This document shows, one piece after another, positions 37,062 through 50,783 of a stretch of DNA of 64,000 nucleotides. The translations under genes were made by a program, and so were the position numbers. Below the pieces are notes generated by a model. The model ran no database searches, was not told the DNA's origin, and worked only from the letters and a program-made list of their open reading frames with translations. Within the stretch, counting starts at the first letter, position 1, and each line of letters starts with the position of its first letter. Location of the stretch: the NCBI GenBank assembly GCA_051362555.1, contig CM120641.1:37144401-37208400 (forward strand), in the 5' to 3' direction. The DNA is from Lingula anatina. Its lineage: Eukaryota > Animalia > Brachiopoda.

Positions 37062-37590
37062 ATTTACAATTAGAATCATGCTCTCTGGCTTAAATCTTAT
37101 TGTTTGGCTATATTTTGGATAAAAACACAAAAATATCCCATTTTGTTCTTGCAGCTTTTCAAGAATGAAGACTAATGCAGTTTAGAAATATATGCTTTCC
37201 CTCATTCAACACTTGTTTAATTCAAAAAAAAAAAAAAAAAGATGAGTACATGACTGAACTGAGTAAAATTATTATGAATCCAGGTTTTCAGCCTCCGTAA
37301 ATGTAACAAACGATCTTTTTTGCTACGGTCATGATGAGATAGAATTTGAATACTTGCAAATATCTGCAATCAGACACAACTGATAGTAAATAAGAACACA
37401 GATTCAGCTTGAAACCTAATGGTTGTCACTCCCCTGCATTCTAGTCATCTCTCAGGGAACAACTTCATGCTATTGCAAACTCTGCCAGCAGGTGCCAGAG
37501 GGAGGTCGAAGATTTACCTCCCTTCTATTGCTGACATTCAGTCATCAACCACATTTAAATTATCTGGGTCCGTAGACCAGCTAGCACTCA
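37062..37590 (-). pseudogene. Duplicated fragment of the JKAMP last codons and 3' UTR
   Basis: 37062-37220 resembles 41013-41170, and 37440-37590 resembles 41210-41358. It translates TDPDNLNVVDD* versus JKAMP TDPDNLNVVDG*. Confidence 0.85.
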
Positions 37591-38321
37591 GCTCTTCTCA
37601 TTCTGAATGGCCCCTTTCATTCTGAATGGGGATTTAGAAGAGAAGCACAATTATGTACTTGTTTTTAAAGGGAAGAAAATGCTAATTTAGGTGGATTGCT
37701 ATATATAACTATACCAAGGGATTAAAGTGCAAGGGTTTAATTTTGATACCATCATTTTTAAGATTGGGTAACTCATGACTTTAAGGTAGTACATGTTCCG
37801 GTTCTTCAAACATGATCATAAAAGCAGAATGTGTGAAATGGATAATTTTTGACTTGCATCAGTTGAAAGTTATTGATGACCTGTCACCTTGTTCTTGTCA
37901 GAAATACATTAGGGTGATTGAAAATGCTATGCTGATATCCTGGAGCAATCTGCAGATGTTTAATAATTTAAATGCACTTTTATTGTTGTATTGCATTAGG
38001 ATTAGATGTAGCTGTAGCAATGAACTAGACAGCTCATTGTCTGTAGTAACACAATAAGATGTTCCCTGACATGATAATAAACTCAGATTGTATTAGAGCC
38101 GAGTTATAGAGTGGGTGAAATGGATTTTCAACGAGAATGTGCGCAGCTTTAACAGCTATGGCTAGTTTTGCTGCCTAATGCTAAAAAATACAGGGGTTTA
38201 GATTTTAGTGGAGAATATTCATTGAGTGAGTATCTGAACAGCAGGCCTTTTTACCTACTGAGAGGTAAAGAAAGCTGCAACTGGTGGTATATACTTCCAA
38301 AGGGATAACAAGAACCTGATA

Positions 38322-39311
38322 ATGGTACCAGTTAATGGGACTGAGGATGACTTTTATTTTGCAGATAACAATACTGAAGATGAAAATGGTCCATACTATT
38401 ACCAGACAACATTATACAAAGTATTGGTTGTGTTTGCACTTGCGCTAGTCATGGTCATCATATGTTTTGGAAATCTGTTGGTCATCATCACCTATGCATG
38501 TGTGCAGAAACTGCAAACACGTGGCAATATTTTCATAATACATCTAGCAGTGGCAGACTTGTTATTAGGATTCCAGATAATTTTTCAAATCGTATCAATT
38601 TTTATACCTCTCAAGTCTCTGACCCTATGTATCTTGCGATACTCACTGTTGGTTTTCCCTTCAAGCGCTTGTAATTTAACACTGTTGGTTCTAACTGTGG
38701 AGAGATATTATGCTGTGTTCCATCCTCTGAAGTATCATACTTGTGATATGAAAAAATGGTTTTATGGCATAACTGTGTTAATTTGGATCCCTGCATTCAT
38801 ACTTGGATTTCTGTTACCATTTATGTGGCACAAGGATTGGACCTTTGAAAAATCCCATGGTTGTGAATTTTCTGTAATTCTGAAAGAGGATTTTATTACT
38901 TGGGTTATATCACTACCGTTCATCCTGTCAACAGTCAGCATTTTGGTTCTATATACCAAAATTATAAAGGAAATCGGAAAACAAATGAACAGAATTGGAC
39001 TTCAAAATGACAACGGAATACTGACACCTCATCAATCTATTGACAGACATACACAGATTTCTTCACAGAAAATAAAACTCTGTAAGACTGTTGCTCTCAT
39101 TGAGATTTGTTATTTGGTTTGCTGGGTCCCTTTTATATTATTTATAGCAATTCATGCACTAATGCAGTTGGAATACACAGTTATTGCTATAAATGTTCGC
39201 TTCTGTTTGGGAATTCTGCTTGCTGTTAACTCTGCATTGAATCCATTTATATATGCTGTACGAACGCCAGATTTTCGTAAGGCCATTCGAAAAGCAGTAA
39301 CTAGACAATGA
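38322..39311 (+). CDS. Intronless class A (rhodopsin-like) GPCR, copy 1
   Basis: 329-aa ORF with seven hydrophobic segments and GN, LAVAD, ERY, CWVP and NPFIY motifs, plus N-terminal N-glycosylation sequons. Position 3.32 is Leu, not Asp. Confidence 0.92.
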   Translation: MVPVNGTEDDFYFADNNTEDENGPYYYQTTLYKVLVVFALALVMVIICFGNLLVIITYACVQKLQTRGNIFIIHLAVADLLLGFQIIFQIVSIFIPLKSLTLCILRYSLLVFPSSACNLTLLVLTVERYYAVFHPLKYHTCDMKKWFYGITVLIWIPAFILGFLLPFMWHKDWTFEKSHGCEFSVILKEDFITWVISLPFILSTVSILVLYTKIIKEIGKQMNRIGLQNDNGILTPHQSIDRHTQISSQKIKLCKTVALIEICYLVCWVPFILFIAIHALMQLEYTVIAINVRFCLGILLAVNSALNPFIYAVRTPDFRKAIRKAVTRQ

Positions 39312-41308
39312 TGCCAAAGCCAAAAACTTTAGGATGATGCCAGTATAGACATTAGTTTATTCTAGCATAAATTTATAGTTTAAATTTGCTGTGGGTGTCA
39401 AACTGAAAAACTTTTGTTGAGATGTACAGTTGTTTGTGTATCTGTTGGATCTTAGTAAAATACTCATGCAAAGACAGCGGATTTCTTTTGATTCACCCAA
39501 CAACCACAAAAGAAATTGTGGATTTAAGGCAGGACAACATACCTGTTACTCTAATGAAATGCTTTGCCAAACCGTTTTATATACAGACACTGTAATTAAG
39601 TGTCTGTATACGTTCTGATTGGTCTGTCTGTCCATGTCGTCGCCGTTGCTGTCGTACACATGACATTCGCCCGATATCTGTATTTTTGTTTCACCTAAAA
39701 TTTACCGAGTTGCTTTGTTTGGTAAAGAAGCAGGTTGCTTTCGAAAATCGGCATGATCCGTTCACATTAACCTCACTCCAACTCTGCTCAGCGTCATCGC
39801 TATCACATCACATACCAGGTGGGTGCCTCGTCTGATACTTTGAAGCGTGCACTGATAAACACCTTGAAAGCCAGTAGCGTGATCTGACCTACCAGTGAAT
39901 TTTGGACCCTCCGGTGCCGCGTTTGGTAGTCTGGTAGTCCTGACCATGAAAGCAATATTATCGTTATACCTTATTTTTAAAAGAGCTTAATCATCATCAT
40001 CATCATCCCTGGTGCATCCATGATATAAGGAAGGGGAGGGGGAGAAGAAAAATCTGAGTTATAGCAAAACAAACTGATTTGTTTTATACATGATATTGAA
40101 GTAATGCAGAACACATTAGTTCATGGCAATCAAATTAATTCTAATAATAAAAAGGATACTGCAGCTAAAAGTTGGATTGTACATGTACTTAAAGAGAGTG
40201 ATGAAAGTAAACTAACACTGAAAACAAGCAAAATAATTCTGTGATGAAAATAGTAAATCTATCAACTTCTTTAGAATAGTTTAATGCATTTCAGGTCACA
40301 CATTAAAAGTTTGGAGTATGCAGGGGATTCGCATCTTGGCAAATCTAGCAATACAAAGTTTTGGAATGTTAAAATTCGTAGTGTGCCTCAATTCTGACGT
40401 GCGAGTATTTTTTCACTTTTGGCAAATTAATGCACTGCAAGTGGTTCACTTAATGTCCCCTATAACTTTCAAACATTTAACAACATATAGATCATCATGC
40501 CTGCTTTGTAAAGTTACTAACTTTGCCATTTCTAATTAAGGCTTTTATGAAAGGGATTTCTGGCTATCATACACTGTTTGTATTCGCTGTGTATTAGCCA
40601 AATAGCACTGCAACAAAGCATATGAAATAAGCCATGCAGAACACCTTGTCATTTATGTCACCATCTTTATTCAAATACTCATTTTGGATAACCTGTCATG
40701 TTTGTAGACAAAGTAAATTCATTTTCCAAAATTAAATCTGAATTATTTAAGGGAAACCAAGTCGATTCATTTCAATTTTATACATGAAGTAATACCAAAA
40801 ATTAGGTCCATATACTGAAAGCATGGGAGTGACTTCTGGTCTAAGGGCTTAATCTGTCATTTCATTTTGGGTGGTGTGCATGTAACTTGGAGGGGGGCAC
40901 TTCATACTTTACAAGCACAGTTGTGACCCTTTTTTTGTCGTTTTCCATATGAATGCACTTATTCCAGCTGGTGGTACCTTACCCTAAGGCGGTATCACCT
41001 CTCTGATCCTCTATTTAACAATTAAATTCATGCTCTGTTGGTTTAAATCTCAGTGTTTCTCCATTTCAATAAAAACACAAAAATATCCCTTCTTGTTCTT
41101 GCAGCTTTTCAAGAATGAAGACTAATGCAGCACAAAAATATTAATCTGCTGCCCCTCATTTAACACTAGTTCTGCTGGAAACTTAACAGTTCTGTCTCTC
41201 TTCTGTATTCCAGTCACCTCTCAGGGGAACAGCTTCATGTTAATTGCAAGCCCTGCCAGCAGGTGCCAGAGAGAAAACGAATATTTACCTCCTTTCTATT
41301 ACTGACAG

Positions 41309-44300
41309 TCAGCCATCAACCACATTTAAATTATCTGGGTCTGTAAACTTAGCAGTCAGTAAGTAATACAGTGTTGGCAATGGCACCAAGGCCAGAAGTG
41401 GGCCATGTAACCATGGCTCTCTCATTTCTGTGATGGATACTATTCCGTATGTGTGTAACAACCAATGTCCTACCAGCACTGCCAGGTTACGAGGAACTGT
41501 GAAATTGGATTTGACCAAGGATTTGATATCCTGGAAAACAATGGTTTAGATGAGTTATATATATATTTATAACAAGAAGCATGGGAGATGTCACATTTTT
41601 AAAAAAATGAATCTTACATACACGTCTCATCTCTCATGAATACCCATCTTTCAGCACAAAAAATGTTATTTTGTATATCATATAGCAATATCTTGTGCAA
41701 ATGGACAACTACATTACCTGATCTTCAAATGATGCTAGATGCAGGGCCAGAGTTATTAGGGACACAACTACCAATATGTATGGAAATGAATAATCTGCAA
41801 GGCAACATGATAAATGAAGTAAAAACAAATTATGTTTTCAACTTGCAGATAACAAAATAACTCCCATTTTAACACCGAGTAGCAATTAAGAAGCATTTGA
41901 AGTAATAAACATAAGTAATGACAAGTTACCTTTAGTTGGCATATTGTATTAAAATATATCTACATGTAAACACCTCCTTGGCAAAATGCTGTCTACTTAA
42001 GTCTCACATACTCTTCACTGCATAAAAAGCTCATTACGAACATTCAAAAATGCACTTTTATATACTGCAAATTTGAAATCTTACACATTAAGCCACCTAA
42101 CACTGCCTGTATAACGACCAATGAAGGAATGAAATATAAAGCTGCATATATGGACTTTGTTCCTTTTCCTCCAACAAGTTTTGCTGAGATCACAGGCCTA
42201 AAAAGCATCATGAAGACCAAACAGAAGGCGTAGTATATCATCACTATGGTGTACCTATAAAAAAAGCAGAGATAAACATTACAATACAATAAAATCTTTG
42301 TCCCCTCCTCTACCATGAAGTTATATATATACATCTCAACAGCAAGTATCTAAGGCTGTATTCCCAGAGCTTTTAGATCGATCTATCCCCGCGGGGAGTC
42401 TCACTAGATTACTTTCAGATAATCCGGCTTAAATGTCCGTCCCCCCTACTACAAGCTGTAAGGGGGTAATTAACTTTCGTGTCCGCTCGGCTGACAGCTA
42501 TTTAGCGTGAACCCCCAGGGAGTTAGGTCGATCTAAAGTAGATTGATCTAATCTCTGGAAATGGGGTCTAACAAGGTGATCATGGAGGGATAACCTAGCT
42601 AAATTTCAAAAGTTTTGGCTGAAAGCCAATAGCAATTGCTGTGATATATTACAATACTAACTAGTAAGAGAATGAGAAACTACATTATGTTACAAACATT
42701 AAAATAGATTAAAGAGAGAGAAGGACACAGAAACATTGTTCTGTCCTGCTTACAATGGGTACACTGCCTCTTGTGTACAGTGGATAGTAGTGGTGTAGTC
42801 AATCTTTGGGTTTTCCAGCATGGTGTACCAGTCACTGAGTCTCTCTACATGGCATGACGAGATACTGAGCCTGCCTCGAGGCTGAGAGACCAGCAAAGTC
42901 ATGACGGCAGCTAAAAGGGATTCCAAAAAGGCCGAGATGTGCAACACCAAGAGACCATGTCTGAAACAAGTATACAATGTGGCATGAAATTGTAAATAAA
43001 ACATGTCTCTAATTTCAACAATCTAAGCAACAAAACACCACAGTTTGTTTGACAATTGATATCAATACACAATTATATATATGCACATGATACATCTATG
43101 TATATTGCAGTTGTGATTGGGATATTTTATTTGTATTCTATCATGAAAAATTTGGATTAAAATCAACCAAACAAAAATTGTTCAATCTGGCTGAACTTAT
43201 ATCAAAAACTTATATCAGAATACAAATCAACTCACTCAATCATCCACTTGTCTTAGCCAAAATTTGAAATTATTGTCATAATAAATACCAAATGATAATT
43301 CGACTAAATAAAGCTATCACTTTCTATTTTATTTAAGTGGAGGTAAGCTGGCATGAGCTCATATACACACTTACACTTTCCTAGCATTGGTGAAGTCTAT
43401 GAAGAACCAATGCAAGACTAAGGGGGCTATGGCCATGAAGCCTAGATACAACCAGTCATACAAAGGTGGAGTGTTCTCACAAGGTGAACACACTGAGTTG
43501 TTGGGTCTCTGGCCATGAGGGCATGCCTGAAGAAACCAGAATGATGAAATATTATCCAATTGATGTTTTAACCATCACTATGATCAGGCCCATAGCCAAC
43601 AAATTCAAAAGGGGGTTAAAACTGAAAAAGTGGACCATTTACTATGAAACTTTTGTGTACCTAGATAAAATTTTATGCAGAATGGGCCATTTCCTGACAA
43701 AAAGGGTGGTTCTTTTGACCCCCTGCCCCCTGGTTACAGGTCTTAGTTTTAAGTACCTCTAAAATACTGCCTAAAATACAAAGGCAGCATTCATATGAAA
43801 ATTCTATTTTCTAAAAATCTATTTGCGGTATGTTGTGATCACGGTCTGTGCCCTGAATACCCCACGGCGTAATTACGGGCAGCGCGAGCTGGTTACTTCC
43901 AAAGCTGTAATTAATTCTTGGCACTGCCAGTAATTAGGCCGCGGGGTATTCAGGGCACAGACCGTGATCACAAGATACCGCAAATAGATTTTTAGATTTT
44001 TAGAATATAGATTTTTCATGTGAACGCAGCCTAAGAAAATACATGTACCACAAAAACTGACAAGGGCTTGATTTCTGTTATAATAATGAATGCTTCAATT
44101 TCATTATATAAAAAAAAAAATGATATATAAGCTTTTCATCAATACTCTGCTCTAGGATTTCATGCAAAAACAGAAAACATATATGACAAAAAAACCAGTA
44201 AAATCAGGGTTATACTCGGCTCTGTTAAAACTTACTCCACAGTCACCAAATGACCCATCTTCATGTCGCACTCTTCCACAGTAAAGCCCTCGACATGGAG

Positions 44301-44625
44301 CTGGGATTACATCTGAAAGAATGACATTAAAATTATCAACATAACTCTGATTAAGACAGGTAAATTGGTTTAATTGTTAATATTTTCAAAGAAGACAACT
44401 ACTCAGAAAGCTGCATGACCCGACACCCGTTCTGACTGATTCTCTTCATTTCAATGTCAAACACAATAAGTCTCGATATGCTTTTATATGTTTACAGGAA
44501 ATGGATCGTGCTTTTTAAATTGGGTTAGAGCAGACATTACCTGCTTCAGTGCTTACACAAGTCTGTGATATAATTGAAACCAATGCTAGACGAAAACAAA
44601 CTCCCCACAGCATCCTCGGCATCAT
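41309..44625 (-). CDS. JKAMP: JNK1/MAPK8-associated membrane protein (7 exons, ~329 aa)
   Basis: Exons 44541-44625, 44236-44312 (CRGLYCGR...DCG), 43375-43526 (ACPHG...LYDWLYLGFMA), 42754-42960 (LSDWYTMLENP...HCTQEAVYPL), 42085-42254 (KSIYAALYFIP), 41718-41794 (YYSFPYI) and 41309-41530 (HWLLHTYGIVSI...FTDP). All phases are compatible. The start ATG could instead be 44640 or 44622. Confidence 0.92.
42353..42569. mobile_element. GATCGATCTA-family MITE in a JKAMP intron
   Basis: Reverse-orientation homologue of 9409-9621 and 59540-59766. Confidence 0.8.
43783..44031. mobile_element. Long-arm foldback MITE (Harbinger-like GGC(A/T)GC termini)
   Basis: About 100-bp inverted arms, including CTAAAAATCTATTTGCGGTAT.TTGTGATCACGGTCTGTGCCCTGAATACCCC and its reverse complement. 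Confidence 0.85.
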
Positions 44626-45717
44626 TGATGTTAATCGCATCAAGAGGAGATACAGCGACGTTTTTATATTTCCATTAATTATGTTTGCGTCAAACCCGGG
44701 CACAAACAATGCTGGTGATGAGACATTTAATGAAATAGTAGAAAGTATTAAAATTATGTCAAAGAAAGTGATTCACTGATTATATTTGACAAAATTTACT
44801 TAAATTGCTTAAGCCTGTCTTGTTTCATACAGCTCTTCTGACATAAATGTTTCTGCAAAACAAACTTTGCGCGATAACGAGGTTTAGACGTGGAGAGCGG
44901 TAAATTAGAGGGAGTATCACAGAAAGTTGCATATGGCTTTTAATGACGAAATTAACCCATTACAGTGACGTCATATTTGCTCCGTAACACTAGTCCCGCG
45001 GCCATGCTGGAGGGAATGAACGACAGGAATAGTAGCGGTAATATAGGTGAACCAAATAAAATAAAATAAACTTCATATCGCGATCAAGTACACCAAAGGG
45101 AAAAGGGTATATACAAGCTGAAGCTTCAGCTGCTCAGCAGGATCGACCAATATGAACTCAAGACCGTCTAAAAACATGAAATCCTACCAAATGCTACTTA
45201 TATATCCAACATCGTGTTGTCAGAAGAAAGTTCAGTTATCTTGTACTTCATTTTTCTTGTTCATTGGGTAATAACAGTTATAGTTTGAGAGAGTTTAATG
45301 TGTAATCATAAGTTTAACCTTACATAGAAGCAACTTTTTTCATAAAGGATAGATATAAGGAGAAATTTGAGCTGATCATCAGGATAAACCCTTGTGGACT
45401 CAAGGAAGAATGTATGCAGGATTGTCATAAAGTATGACATGAAATATTGCTGTCAGTTATGACTTATCTCTACATCGTGAGGCTGTCAGAAATTATTTCA
45501 ACATTCTTGTACTTCATATTGGTTCATTAGAAAGTACATGTAACAAGATTGTTGTTTGAGAGAGTTTATTATTCACCATGCAATCATTCATATAAGCAAC
45601 ATGTTAGGATTTTATTATTATTCAGTCATTCACAGAAGCAAGGCATTTTTCACACTTATGTATTTATGATGTCCAATGTAAAATAACAATAATTCAGTTC
45701 ATGAATTGATCTTCATA

Positions 45718-45755
<38 letters not shown>

Positions 45756-46685
45756 ACTTGCGTCCAATCAGTGTGGCTTGGTGGGAAATGCCAGTCAATT
45801 TCCTAAATGTAAATTAATAGAAAGATGACAATAGTGATTTTTATTCGTATTGTAACTTACAACATTACAGTTGAAAGGAGCAGAATTTAACATTTTTACA
45901 GAGGAAAGTGCAAATTCATTGCATGAGGTTATATGTCAATTACACCTGAGGTAGAATTTACTTGCAAAATAAAATTACTCTTATCACTACACCAAATCGA
46001 AAATTAAGCCACTAACTTCCAAATGCCCCTCATACAGGTTATTGATTTAATTGGCCCAGCTCAGCTGTGTACAGTACAAATATAGCCTTGACACTAATTG
46101 GCAATAATGCTAACCAGGTATTAAAGAGGTAGGTGACAGCCGATAAAATCTAGAGAGCACCGTAACTGATAACAAATTACACCCAAGGCAATAGGTGAGT
46201 CTTCATTATAAAAGTCGAAACCCTGCCTGGGTATTTCCACTCGTTTTAACTGATTAACACACTCTCCACCCAAACTTTTTGGGCACTACTTTAAATATAT
46301 ATGTAGTGTACGTGCGCCCCAAATGTACACACCTAGGTCTTTGGTTTTCTACTGTTTTTTCTTTTATGGTAAAATCTGCACCGCTGGCTCTTCATTCTTT
46401 GCTATAAAATAAATTAGTTTTATCCTTTACTTTTCCGAAGAGTCTTGATTCAAAGCCACCTCGCCGTCTCTCCTTCGTTTATGGTTTTAGTTCCTTCACC
46501 ATGGATTGTTACCACTGCAGGCAGCCTGTGAACGCTTGTAAAGTTAGTTATCTTCTCTCGATCAAATAACCTGCAGTAATTCATCATTTTGCTCGGTTAA
46601 ATATCAAAGAAAATACAGAAAACGAAAACTGAACTACAGACATGGCTTGTTCATGCGCAGCAGACGATTCCGGTCTCCCTCCAGA

Positions 46686-49152
46686 ATGGCTGCCGTTTGT
46701 TTTGATGACGCAGGCTCTAATGGGTCAATAGCAGTTATGAATATATCTGATCTAGTCATTAAGACCACAGAAATGCATACAGGTGGGGAGCCACTCAGAA
46801 TTGTAGAATCTGGGTATCCGAAAATCTCAGGAGAAACTATATTAGAGAAACGAAAATTCGTAAAAGAAAATTTGGATTTTTTGAGAAAGTTTCTCATGTT
46901 TGAACCAAGAGGGCATTTCGACATGTATGGCGCGCTTCTCATAGAACCAGACAACCCTGAAGCAGATATGGCAGTTTTGTTTATGCATAATGAAGGGTAT
47001 AGCACTATGTGTGGCCATGCAGTGATTGCATTGGGGCGCTATGCTCTTGATAAGGGGCTTGCAAGGCATAAACCGTCCCCTCCCGAGACTGAGGTGAATA
47101 TCCAATGTCCATGTGGCCTGGTGAAAGCCTTTGTTGAATGTAATCACTTAGGAGAAACTGGGCGAGTGAGGTTTCACAGTGTGCCCTCCTTTTTATTTGC
47201 TGCAGGTAAAATTGTCATTCTTGCCATTTTCTTCAAAATATAATTTCTTTCATGATTTTATACAGTACCTGAAATTGACACACAATTCTCAAAAGGGTGT
47301 TTAATGGTTCCCAAGTTCTGCCATTCCAAGGGACTGTTGATCTGGGGGTCCACTATTCCCAAGCCATACGAATGAGTAATTAAAAATAATAATTGAGAGA
47401 ACTTGGATTTTTTTCTCATTGCTTTTATATCAATTCCATGGGTCCGTATATATATATATATATATATATCAATTATCATCGTCTTTCCCAGATGTTAAAG
47501 TGTCTGTCCCAGGTTATGGTGAACTCCAGGTGGACATAGCTTATGGAGGAGCATTCTATGCATTCGTTACCACAGAAGTATTGGGTCTCAACTTCCAAAC
47601 AAACAAAACTTCTGAAATAGTTGATGCAGCCTCAAAAGTTACAGGTAATTCTTTTTCTTACAAAGTAGTCTTTGTTTATTACTATAGAAATACATGTCTG
47701 TTGGTTGGATTTTATTTATTTATTTATTTTTTTCATTTTGACCAACTGTACCTGTAGAAGGCCATTCAGTATGCATTAGACTAGTTATTGATTGAAATAA
47801 TTATGGTTGGCAATAAAACTTAAAGATATGGACCCCAATGACAGAAGTATTGAAAAACTCACATTCAATAAATATTATAATGTTTTATATATGCCTATGT
47901 TGTAAGTAGGATTTCAAGTACAGTAGTTCAAATAAGACAACTTTAAAAAAATTTTAACACTGTCATCATTTTTCTTTGAAATTTATTATGAATTTTACAG
48001 AAGCAGTAAAATCCACTGTGAAACTCCACCACCCAGATAGTCCTGACCTGGCTTTCTTATATGGAACCATTGTCACTGATGGCAAGGAAGAGTTTTCTCA
48101 GGAACCAACTGCTAACATTTGTGTCTTTGCTGACAGACAGGTAAGTATTATATAATTACGTGTTTCTTGATCGCTATTCAAAATAATTTAAAAAATGAGT
48201 TAACAAAATTTTCTGCATAGTAACCATTGCATATCCCAAGCCCACTGGTTATAGATTAGTATATTCGATATTGTTTATTATGTTACAGGTATCAACTACA
48301 TCTTTGGAAGTAAATGTTACAAATACCTATGTTAAAAGTCTGGTAAAAGGCTCTAGATTGCACATCCATCTTTCTGTGTTGCTGTCTGTTCATTCATTTA
48401 TTTATGGCATTTTGTGTGTTTTTTTTTTTTTTTTTCAGGTAGACAGATGTCCTACTGGTTCTGGAGTAACAGCACGTATTGCTCTTCAGTTTGCCAAGGG
48501 CCTGATAAGTATTGACCAAGAGAGGGCGTTTGAAAATGGTTGTACTGGGTAAGATATAGACAAATTTAATGGTAAATTATTAAAGTATGAAACATGCTAT
48601 TGATGCCAAGCTGGGAACTCTGGGCTTAATGACATTTAATGTCCTCAAAATATCCTTTCAGAAAATAATAATCTTGTTTTTTTACTTAAGAGTCTTTCAA
48701 TTATTTAAATTTCATTTCAGTTGACTGTTGTTCTTGTCATTTGCATCGCCACACATTGCAAGGTACAATCCTCCTTGTTTATGGACCTATCTGAGCCATG
48801 TATGGCCTTGACTGGACCAGAACTTACTAAGATGGTGAATGCTGGCAATGGTCAATGTTCCACTTAATTGGAGGAAGGCAGCAGATGATGATGATGATGA
48901 TGACTTACTGTGATTGCTACACAGTCTTTCATACATCATAGTAACCAAGCACAAATGTTACCTATTATATTTAAAAACTCTTTATTTTATGTTTTCAGGT
49001 CTAGATTTACTGGCAAAGCTATACGTAGTTGCAAGGCAGGAACACATGATGCTGTTGTGGTGGAAGTGAGTGGCAATGGATATTATACTGGATCTTGTAC
49101 CTTTATAGCAGAGGCAAAAGATATGCTGAAAGAGGGATTCATTCTGAATTGA
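46686..49152 (+). CDS. L3HYPDH: Trans-3-hydroxy-L-proline dehydratase (proline racemase family), ~358 aa
   Basis: Exons 46686-47205 (EMHTGGEPLRI...EPRGH.DMYG...STMCGH), 47492-47644 (DIAYGGAFYA), 48001-48140 (DLAFLYGTI), 48439-48548 (VDRCPTGSGVTAR) and 48999-49152. The Cys/Thr catalytic pair indicates a dehydratase rather than a racemase. An alternative in-frame ATG lies at 46653. Confidence 0.93.
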
Positions 49153-49957
49153 AAAAATAGCTGATTGTAGTCTTGACTCAATTATAATTAATTGGCCGGT
49201 ATCATAATAATACAATATTAATTTGTTTTTAAGATCAAGATGTCAATATTAAAAGGAGTTGTGACAGTAGAAAATGCCTTACAACAATGTAATGATGATG
49301 ATCAACATTGTGGAGATTATCCATCCGTATTTGACTTAAGTTTTGCTCATTTATCTTAGAGTTGAAGTGAACATAATTATCTCCATCCTGAACATGGGAT
49401 TTTTTTCTAATTATGTGCTGATACAATTGAAGGGATTTAAGGTAAAGCTTGAAAACAGCTATTCTGTGATATTTAATTATTATTTTTTAAAAATTTTGAT
49501 ATTTTAACTAAATAAAATATACACATCAATATAGCATATTGAAAAATATGTATGTTAGATGAGAGCAATGGTGCTGTTACATTGTAAGGCATTTATTATA
49601 TTTACCTAGAGATGTTTTGTGACTGACCATGGTGATATACGCTTTATTCATTGATTTTTGATTTTTGGCTAAATGCAAATGCTGGCTATATGTCATTGTG
49701 TGGGTGTGTGTGTGTGAAATTTTCATTTTTCACACATTAGCATTTTCAGTGACTTGTTTATCCAATGGAACTGCATCACTGACTAGTTTTTCAATGTCCA
49801 TGTTACCTGTGGTACATAATGCAAGAGAGTAAGAATGATTATGCTATTTTAAAGCATTATGTTATAGTGAATCGAAATTGGCCAAACATTATTTTGTGCA
49901 CTTTTTTTATGTGAATTGTCTGTACATTTGACAGCTTTGCTGCCTTGTTTCCTATAT

Positions 49958-50272
49958 CAGGCCCACCCAACTACCAGACTCGGCACTGAATGATCCTGAA
50001 TTCACCGGTAAATCGGACCACGCTACCCGTTTTCAAGGTGTGTATCAGTACGCATTTCACAGTATCAGACGCGACACCGCTCTTGCCTAGTATGCGATGT
50101 GATAGTGACGATTCTCAGCGGGGTTGAAAAGCATTGCATCACCACTCAAAATTTGTTCAGGGTGTGATACTGTGTAATGCGATCTGACACACCTTGAAAA
50201 CGGGTAGTGTGGTCTGATCTACCAGTGAATTCAGGATCATTCGGTGCCGAGTCTGGTAGTTGGGTAGGCCTG
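49958..50272. mobile_element. Full-length CAGGCC-terminal palindromic MITE with 5-bp target duplication
   Basis: Inverted arms of more than 100 bp: CAGGCCCACCCAACTACCAGACTCGGCAC...GTGCCGAGTCTGGTAGTTGGGTAGGCCTG. Flanks are TATAT/TGTAT, and an empty paralogous site lies at about 55852-55870. Other copies are at 22916-23182 and about 39790-39943. Confidence 0.9.
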
Positions 50273-50783
50273 TGTATGGTGTCTGGATATTTGCCAGCTT
50301 TGCTGCCTAGTTGACTTTGCATCAGTAGAAAGTTATTGTCACCTCTTTCTTGTTCCTATCTGTAATTCATTGTGCAGATTGAAAATGCTATTATGATATT
50401 CAGAGACGTTTTGCAGATGTTTAAGTTAATGCATTTTAGTTGTTGTATTGCATTAGGATTAGATATACTGTACTCTGTAGCAATGAACTAGTTAGCTCAA
50501 TGCCTGTAGTAATACAATCAGATAATCTCTGACACAGCAATTGACTCAGATTGTATAAGAGCTGAGATAAAGAGAAGGTGAAATTGATTTTCAACAAGAA
50601 TGAAAAAGTGAGCAGCTGTAACAGCTGTGACTGGTTTTGCTGCCTAATGCTAAAAAATACAGGGATTGAGATTTTAGTGGAGAATTTATTAAATGAATAT
50701 TTGAACGGCAGGCCTTTGTAACTACTGAGAGGTAAAGAAAGCTGCAACTAGTGGCACACTTACAAAGGAATAACTTAAGCCTG

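Noticed and set aside
45205-45600. Degenerate ~130-bp direct repeat between JKAMP and L3HYPDH
   Set aside because: Old local duplication with no coding or structural signal that I could support.
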